Source: Obrimoposthia wandeli
Taxonomy: Eukaryota
Direction: 5' to 3'
Length of the DNA: 64,000 nucleotides
Assembly: GCA_977020255.1 (NCBI GenBank)
Contig: CDROCS010000506.1
Location: 3,286,001-3,350,000, forward strand
The notes under the pieces were generated by a model that saw only the letters and a list, made by a program, of their open reading frames with translations, ran no database searches and was not told the origin of the DNA. Each line of letters starts with the position of its first letter. The first letter of the stretch is position 1. Shown here one piece after another: positions 58,142 through 64,000 of this stretch. Position numbers and translations under genes: made by a program.

Positions 58142-58786
58142 ATGATTGATTTCTCTATTTTACCCCTCTATTTAACTGCTGTTGTAGCGTTATTGCTTAT
58201 TCCTGGTCCTGACATGTTGTTAATTGCCAGCTCAAGCTTAAGTTATGGCCGCAAGGTAGGATTATTTGCCAGCTTAGGTAACGCAACATCAGGTATTATC
58301 TTGACGTTATTAGCGGCGATGGGTGTTTCTGCGATGATCGCCATGAGCCCGATAGCCCTTAAAGCGCTGCATTTTTTGGGTGGTTTGTATTTATTAAAAA
58401 TGGGTTGGGATTGTTTACGCACGAGTTCGGTGGTTGCACCTGAAGTGAATCAAACCAGTAAAATGGCGCGTTCATTGTATCGTAAAGCGGTATTCAGCAA
58501 TCTATTAAACCCAAAAGCATTGTTATTCTTTGTGTTGTTTTTACCCCAGTTCGTATCATCAAACATCGAGACGTCATCTGGCGAACAGATGCTAGTGCTA
58601 GGCTTACTGCTTAATGTATTAGGTTTGTTGTTTAACTTATTACTCGTGGTTACTGTTGGCACATTAGGTAAGTCATTATTAACCAATGAACGTTTCCACA
58701 TTTACCAGCATAAGATCATGGGTTCTGTCTTTGTATTACTTGGCGCATGGTTATTATTCTCGCAAGTACCTGCTGCGGTTGCTTAG
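58142..58786 (+). CDS. LysE/RhtB-family translocator
   Basis: LIPGPD, G(L)YLLKMG, NLLNPKALLFF and FLPQF. Confidence 0.9.
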   Translation: MIDFSILPLYLTAVVALLLIPGPDMLLIASSSLSYGRKVGLFASLGNATSGIILTLLAAMGVSAMIAMSPIALKALHFLGGLYLLKMGWDCLRTSSVVAPEVNQTSKMARSLYRKAVFSNLLNPKALLFFVLFLPQFVSSNIETSSGEQMLVLGLLLNVLGLLFNLLLVVTVGTLGKSLLTNERFHIYQHKIMGSVFVLLGAWLLFSQVPAAVA

Positions 58787-59029
58787 TTTTATATATCTAT
58801 TTCCTTATATAAATAATAATCATCAGCTCAAAGCAGTTTTAAACACTATCTAGATTGCAAGGATGCAGTCAGTTCGTTCATCAAATAAGCCCCAAAGTAA
58901 TATTTTCAGTTATTCACTTCTTTTTACCAATCAGACTACGTGATTTACGTCACATTAGATGATATACTCCGCCAACTTAAAATTCAGTAATCTATATTTT
59001 AGTCCATTTTCTGGACAGGAGCGTTCCCT

Positions 59030-60613
59030 ATCATTAGCACAGCAAATATTACAATGCAGTTCGGTGCCAAGCCACTTTTCGAAAATATCTCAGTTAAGTT
59101 TGGTGGCGGTAACCGTTACGGTTTAATCGGTGCTAACGGTTGTGGTAAATCAACATTCATGAAAATTCTAGGTGGCGATTTAGATCAAAGCTCTGGTAAC
59201 GTGAAACTTGATGAAAACGAACGTCTTGGTAAATTACGTCAGGATCAATTCGCATTCGAACACAACACTGTACTTGATACAGTGATCATGGGCCATGCAG
59301 AAATGTGGACTGTGAAAGAAGAACGTGACGCAATTTATGCTAACCCAGATATGTCTGAAGCAGATGGCATGCGTGTTGGCGATCTAGAAAGTGAATTTGC
59401 AGAGATGGACGGCTACACAGCTGAATCTCGTGCAGGTGAACTACTAATCGGTGTTGGTATCCCAGTAGAATTACATTACGGCCTAATGAGCGAAGTTGCT
59501 CCAGGTTGGAAACTACGTGTACTACTAGCACAAGCACTATTCTCTGATCCAGATATCTTACTACTTGACGAACCAACGAATAACTTGGATATCGCAACGA
59601 TTGACTGGTTAGAAGAAACACTAAACGCACGTCAAAGTACAATGGTAATCATCTCGCATGATCGCCATTTCTTAAACAGTGTTTGTACTCACATGGCTGA
59701 CCTTGATTTCGGTGAACTACGCGTTTACCCAGGTAACTATGATGACTACATGTTTGCAGCTACATTAGCACGCGAGCAACTACTAACAAGTAACTCGAAA
59801 AAAGAAGCGCAAATTACAGAGCTTAAAGCATTCGTTGCTCGTTTCTCTGCAAACGCATCTAAAGCAAAACAAGCATCATCACGTGCTAAACGTCTTGATA
59901 AAATTGAGCTTGATGAAGTTAAAGTTTCTAGCCGTCAAACGCCATTTATCCGTTTCGAGCAAGAGAAACAGCTTTACCGTAACGCACTTGAAATTCAAGG
60001 TCTTACAAAAGGCTTCGATGAAGGTCCGTTATTCTCTAACTTCAAAGCTATGGTTGAAGTTGGCGAGCGTATCGCAATTATCGGTACCAATGGTGTTGGT
60101 AAAACAACATTGATGCGTATGTTAGCAGACGAACTTACTCCAGATGCGGGTGAGTACAAATGGTCTGAAAACGTAAACATCGCTTATTATGCACAGGATC
60201 ACGAATCATACTTCGCAGAAGATATGACGTTGATGGAGTGGATGAACCAGTGGAAAGAAAAAGGCGATGACGATCAAACAGTTCGTGGTTTCCTAGGTCG
60301 TTTATTATTCTCTAATGATGACATTAGCAAGAAAGTAAGCGTTCTATCTGGTGGTGAAAAAGGCCGTATGCTTTACGGTAAATTAATGATGCAAAAACCA
60401 AACGTATTATTAATGGATGAACCAACTAACCACATGGATATGGAATCAATTGAGTCATTAAACATGGCACTTGAGAAATATGAAGGTACTTTACTATTCA
60501 TCTCTCATGACCGTGAGTTCGTAACAACAGTTGCAACACGCATCTGGGACATTACGCCAAACGGCATCGTTGATTTCGACGGTACTTACGAAGAATACAT
60601 CGCAAGCAAATAA
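59030..60613 (+). CDS. ybiT: ABC-F family ATPase YbiT; probable ATC start
   Basis: Twin ABC domains GANGCGKST / [20 protein letters not shown] and LSGGEKGR. The in-frame upstream sequence encodes ISTANIT before MQFGAKPLF, with AGGAG 8 nt before ATC 59030. Confidence 0.92.
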   Translation: MISTANITMQFGAKPLFENISVKFGGGNRYGLIGANGCGKSTFMKILGGDLDQSSGNVKLDENERLGKLRQDQFAFEHNTVLDTVIMGHAEMWTVKEERDAIYANPDMSEADGMRVGDLESEFAEMDGYTAESRAGELLIGVGIPVELHYGLMSEVAPGWKLRVLLAQALFSDPDILLLDEPTNNLDIATIDWLEETLNARQSTMVIISHDRHFLNSVCTHMADLDFGELRVYPGNYDDYMFAATLAREQLLTSNSKKEAQITELKAFVARFSANASKAKQASSRAKRLDKIELDEVKVSSRQTPFIRFEQEKQLYRNALEIQGLTKGFDEGPLFSNFKAMVEVGERIAIIGTNGVGKTTLMRMLADELTPDAGEYKWSENVNIAYYAQDHESYFAEDMTLMEWMNQWKEKGDDDQTVRGFLGRLLFSNDDISKKVSVLSGGEKGRMLYGKLMMQKPNVLLMDEPTNHMDMESIESLNMALEKYEGTLLFISHDREFVTTVATRIWDITPNGIVDFDGTYEEYIASK

Positions 60614-60666
60614 TAACTCTTAACCAAGCAATACGTTGCTTGGTTTAAGATTTATAGCTTGTAAAT

Positions 60667-60700
60667 AAAAGGCCATCACATTATGTGATGGCCTTTTTTT
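60667..60700. terminator. Bidirectional terminator between ybiT and enolase gene
   Basis: AAAAGGCCATCACAT-T-ATGTGATGGCCTTTTTTT. Confidence 0.88.
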
Positions 60701-60718
60701 ATGCGTCTTTAATGTGGT

Positions 60719-61840
60719 TTAATAGTCAACGCGATAGCGATTAATAATGTCTTCGTTGAGTGTTATCCCCAAGCCTGGGGCATCAGAAACATACACAAAG
60801 CCATTATCGAATCGCATTGGATTACTGACTAAATCAGTAAACAATGGGCTGTCACTTTGAGAGTATTCCATCAGCGTACCGTGCTCACAAGCCGTTAAGA
60901 AATGTACCGATGCAGCCAGTAAAATACCGGTACTAAAACCATGAGGAACTAATTGAGTGCCGTGCATTTGTGCCATGTCATAGATTTTTTTCATCTCAGT
61001 AATACCACCACAACGGGTAATATCCGGCTGCACAATATCTACTTTTGATTTTTGTAAGAATTCACTGAATTCATAACGTGTTGTTAATGACTCGCCACCG
61101 GCTAATCTTTGTGGCACTTGGCCAGCCAGTTTTGCATAGCTGTTCATGTTGTCGGCCAATACTGGTTCTTCAACCCAGTTAAGGTTAAATTTTTCTAAGC
61201 GTTTACACATCATCATTGCATGACCACAAGTAGCCCATTTCGATGCTAAATCGATTTGAACTTCGATGTCATCTCCCACGGCTTCGCGTACATGACGGAC
61301 AATTTCATAATCTTGCGTTGGATCGTCACCAAACACCCCACCGCCAAACTTTATGCTAGTGAAGCCTTGCTCTACTAAGCCCAATGCAATTGCTCGGTTG
61401 TCCTCTGGCTTATCAGCTGGAATGAACGTGCCATAACATTTTATCTTATCACGGTACTTACCGCCTAATAGCGTGTGCACTGGTACGTTGTAGAACTGGC
61501 CTGCAATGTCCCATAACGCGATATCGATAGCACTAATCGCATGAATACCAGCGCCACGGCGACCGAGGTAGTTCGATGCCCAGTACATTTTGTTCCACAA
61601 TCGTTCAATTTCCAGTGGGTTTTCACCTAATAATAAGGCTTTAAGGCCATAGCAATACAGATTCGAATTAGGTGTTTCAATGCAAGCTTTAACGACTTCT
61701 GGAGACGAGTCTGCTTCACCAATACCGATTAACCCTGTATCTGTGATCACTTTAACTATCACTGCGTCTTCACCCCAAGTGCATATTTCATCACGTGCAG
61801 GCACTCGTAGATGGATAACTTCAATATCTATAATTTTCAT
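60719..61840 (-). CDS. Mandelate racemase/muconate lactonizing enzyme family protein (MR subgroup)
   Basis: GLIGIGE, AISAIDIALWDIAG, PVHTLLGG, IKFG, metal ligands IDLA / WVEEP / GGESL, QPDITRCGG and PHG. Confidence 0.92.
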   Translation of the reverse strand: MKIIDIEVIHLRVPARDEICTWGEDAVIVKVITDTGLIGIGEADSSPEVVKACIETPNSNLYCYGLKALLLGENPLEIERLWNKMYWASNYLGRRGAGIHAISAIDIALWDIAGQFYNVPVHTLLGGKYRDKIKCYGTFIPADKPEDNRAIALGLVEQGFTSIKFGGGVFGDDPTQDYEIVRHVREAVGDDIEVQIDLASKWATCGHAMMMCKRLEKFNLNWVEEPVLADNMNSYAKLAGQVPQRLAGGESLTTRYEFSEFLQKSKVDIVQPDITRCGGITEMKKIYDMAQMHGTQLVPHGFSTGILLAASVHFLTACEHGTLMEYSQSDSPLFTDLVSNPMRFDNGFVYVSDAPGLGITLNEDIINRYRVDY

Positions 61841-63402
61841 TATTTAATCTCATCAAAATCATGGGCAGAAAGGAATTTTTTCAAGCCATATATACAAATT
61901 ATAAGTACTACAATAAATGGTGCGGCAGTCAGTACTACAGCTGTTTTTAGCGTTGCTAATGACGCGTTGATATACAGCATTGCCAGTGGTAATAAACTTA
62001 ACATAATGCACCAGAATAAACGTAGCGAACGTTCTGGGTCTTGACCTTGTTCTAGTCCTTTGGTGCTTACTGCTGCAACAGTGTAAGCCGTCGCGTCAAG
62101 GTGAGAGGCAAGGAACAACATCATCAATACAAAGTAAAATATAGATAATAGACCGCCAAATGGCAGGTTATTAATTAACTCAGCGATAGCATAATCCCCA
62201 CTGACGGTGTTGAGCACTTCAGGTACGTTGATCACGCCAGAATTAAACATATCAATCGCATAACCACTTAGGCTACCGAAGAAGAACCAACAGCCACCAC
62301 AGCCACCTGCGATCAGTCCAAGAATAACTTCACGGATAGTTCGGCCTTTAGAAATACGAGTAATAAATATCGCAACACCTGGCGTGTAAGTGATCCAATA
62401 TAACCAGTAGAAAACAGTCCAATCTTTGTTAAAGGTCGCGTCATTCGTCGCATCAGTGAACAGACTCATTTCAATAAAATTACCGAAGGTTAAACCAACA
62501 GTATTCACAAAAAAATCAATGATGAAGCTGGTATCACCTAAGATTAATACCACAACACCGAACACAAATGTCATACCACAAGCTGCATGTGCAATTTTCT
62601 GTAGACCGTCACTAATACCGATATATGAACTGAGTGTAAATGTCAGCGTGACAAGTGCTAACAAGATCGCTTTCAGCATAAAGGTATTTTCAATACCAAA
62701 TAACGATGCTAAGCCTGTTGATATTGTACCAATAGTGATTGTAGTGGTAAGAATTAAACCACCGAAAGTTGAAAACAAGAAGATTAAGTCAAGTGAACGA
62801 CCAATGATCCGACTTGATTTACTGCCATTTTTTAAGCCTGTAATTGATGATACTAACGACGATAAATTAAGGCCTTTAGTTTTGTTAACATAAAAATGGT
62901 AAGCCATGGTAATAGACGCTAACGCATAGATAGCCCAAGGCGTAAGACCCCAATGGAAGAACACATAAGATAAACTCTTACGTAATGCTTCATTGCTTTC
63001 AGGAGTAATATTAAGACCCGGCGTATTGTAGTAATAAGCCCATTCCATGAATGCCCAATACATGGTAGCTGACCCTAAACCGGCACAGATAAACATGAAG
63101 ATCCAGTTCATATTGGAATATTCTGGTTCACCTTCGCCTAGCTTGATCGTGCCGTACTTGCTCATTGCAATAAAAAGCACTACACATACACAGGTAAAAC
63201 CAAGTAACTGTACTAGCGATCCAATACTATCGGTTAGCCCACTAAACATACCTTTTGCAGCTTCTTGTGATGCGTCTGGAAATAGCATCAATAATAGAAT
63301 GGTTGCACACACAACGATCAAACTGACACTGATTAGGAATATATCATTCTGTGCAGAGGGGGATTGTGTGTGCTCATCATGTTGAGCTATATCTATTGTC
63401 AT
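61840..63402 (-). CDS. BCCT-family transporter
   Basis: YGTIKLG, CAGLGS, FFHWGLTPWAIYA, WTVFYWLYW and RISKGRTIRE. Start ATG 63402 after AAGG; its stop overlaps the enolase ATG (TAATG). Confidence 0.92.
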   Translation of the reverse strand: MTIDIAQHDEHTQSPSAQNDIFLISVSLIVVCATILLLMLFPDASQEAAKGMFSGLTDSIGSLVQLLGFTCVCVVLFIAMSKYGTIKLGEGEPEYSNMNWIFMFICAGLGSATMYWAFMEWAYYYNTPGLNITPESNEALRKSLSYVFFHWGLTPWAIYALASITMAYHFYVNKTKGLNLSSLVSSITGLKNGSKSSRIIGRSLDLIFLFSTFGGLILTTTITIGTISTGLASLFGIENTFMLKAILLALVTLTFTLSSYIGISDGLQKIAHAACGMTFVFGVVVLILGDTSFIIDFFVNTVGLTFGNFIEMSLFTDATNDATFNKDWTVFYWLYWITYTPGVAIFITRISKGRTIREVILGLIAGGCGGCWFFFGSLSGYAIDMFNSGVINVPEVLNTVSGDYAIAELINNLPFGGLLSIFYFVLMMLFLASHLDATAYTVAAVSTKGLEQGQDPERSLRLFWCIMLSLLPLAMLYINASLATLKTAVVLTAAPFIVVLIICIYGLKKFLSAHDFDEIK

Positions 63403-63547
63403 TATATATACCTTAATAATAAATAGTGATAAGTCACCTGCCATGGGATGACTATTAACGAAGAATCCTCGTAATCTGACGTGGATTTTCCCCTACCAAT
63501 TGAGTACTATCAAACAACTAAATATTATAGGGTTATAAGTAAGTGTT

Positions 63548-64000
63548 ATGCATAGTGTTAAAAGTGAACAACCCTTGTTGCGCGTACCCCATTTCTCTTG
63601 GTTTCAAGCATTTATTGTTGTGGCCAAAAAGCAGAGTTTTACCTTAGCAAGTTGTGAACTACATCTTTCTCAGCCAGCGATAAGTCAGCAAGTCGCGAAG
63701 CTAGAAACCTTACTTAATAGCAAATTATTCTTTCGAGATACGAAACAAGTGACATTGACGGAGGCGGGTGAAAAGTTATTAGCGCAAATAGAAGGACCGT
63801 TTAATAGCTTACTCAACGCAGTCGATATTTTTAAGCAAGAATCCTGCAGCTATCGGTTGAATATTGAGACCGAACCCGTGTTAAGCCGGGTATTAATTAG
63901 CCCTCAATTACCTCAGTTTTTGAGTTGTAATCCGGATATATTATTACGCCAAGCATTAACCACGCATCATTTTGATTTTATGCCAGAAACAGAATTAGCG
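63548..64000 (+). CDS. LysR-family regulator, partial (runs off right edge), divergent from BCCT gene
   Basis: Manual translation MHSVKSEQPLLRVPHFSWFQAFIVVAKKQSFTLASCELHLSQPAISQQVAKLE...VTLTEAG; not in the ORF track. Confidence 0.88.
   Translation, partial: MHSVKSEQPLLRVPHFSWFQAFIVVAKKQSFTLASCELHLSQPAISQQVAKLETLLNSKLFFRDTKQVTLTEAGEKLLAQIEGPFNSLLNAVDIFKQESCSYRLNIETEPVLSRVLISPQLPQFLSCNPDILLRQALTTHHFDFMPETELA

Noticed and set aside
58939-58954. CRP-like site CGTGA-TTTACG-TCACA upstream of ybiT
   Set aside because: Good match, but its spacing to the putative -10 fits neither class I nor class II activation and it may simply be the -35 region; insufficient support.
58959-59126. 55-codon out-of-frame uORF overlapping the ybiT start
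   Set aside because: Its ATG lies upstream of the likely -10 (TATACT 58963-58968), so it is probably not in the transcript, and it has no RBS.

Overview
A 64-kb AT-rich chromosomal window from a marine gammaproteobacterium. A Moritella/Psychromonas/Vibrionales-like lineage is inferred from gene order and protein style, not proven. Most of it is core or housekeeping: the trpL-trpEGD-trpC(F) operon with its attenuator, yciV-yciO-scpA-scpB-rluB, polB with an SOS box, tesA/ybbAP, ribB with an FMN riboswitch, yciH, the nagBAC/nagE divergon, tpx, a RecQ-like helicase and aqpZ. It also holds a benE/sutR pair, a lactate-utilisation region (dld-II, lldP, lldEFG, two similar LysR genes), two c-di-GMP enzymes, an MCP, an orphan deoC, ybiT, and a LysR-BCCT-enolase cassette at the right edge. 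By eye I saw no rRNA, tRNA, CRISPR array, transposase, integrase or phage gene. The most unusual observations are: (1) a YcaD-like MFS transporter fused to a ~300-aa acidic tail built on a 15-residue Pro-periodic repeat; (2) two genes (ybiT, sutR-like) whose N-termini can only be made from non-AUG (ATC/ATT) start codons; (3) an FMN riboswitch with a hairpin inserted in the normally fixed-length L5 T-loop; (4) a translationally coupled BCCT transporter and mandelate-racemase-family enzyme of unknown substrate; (5) unannotated small hydrophobic ORFs, candidate structured RNAs and many locus-specific degenerate minisatellites at gene 3' ends. All functional calls come from motif recognition; no database searches were run.
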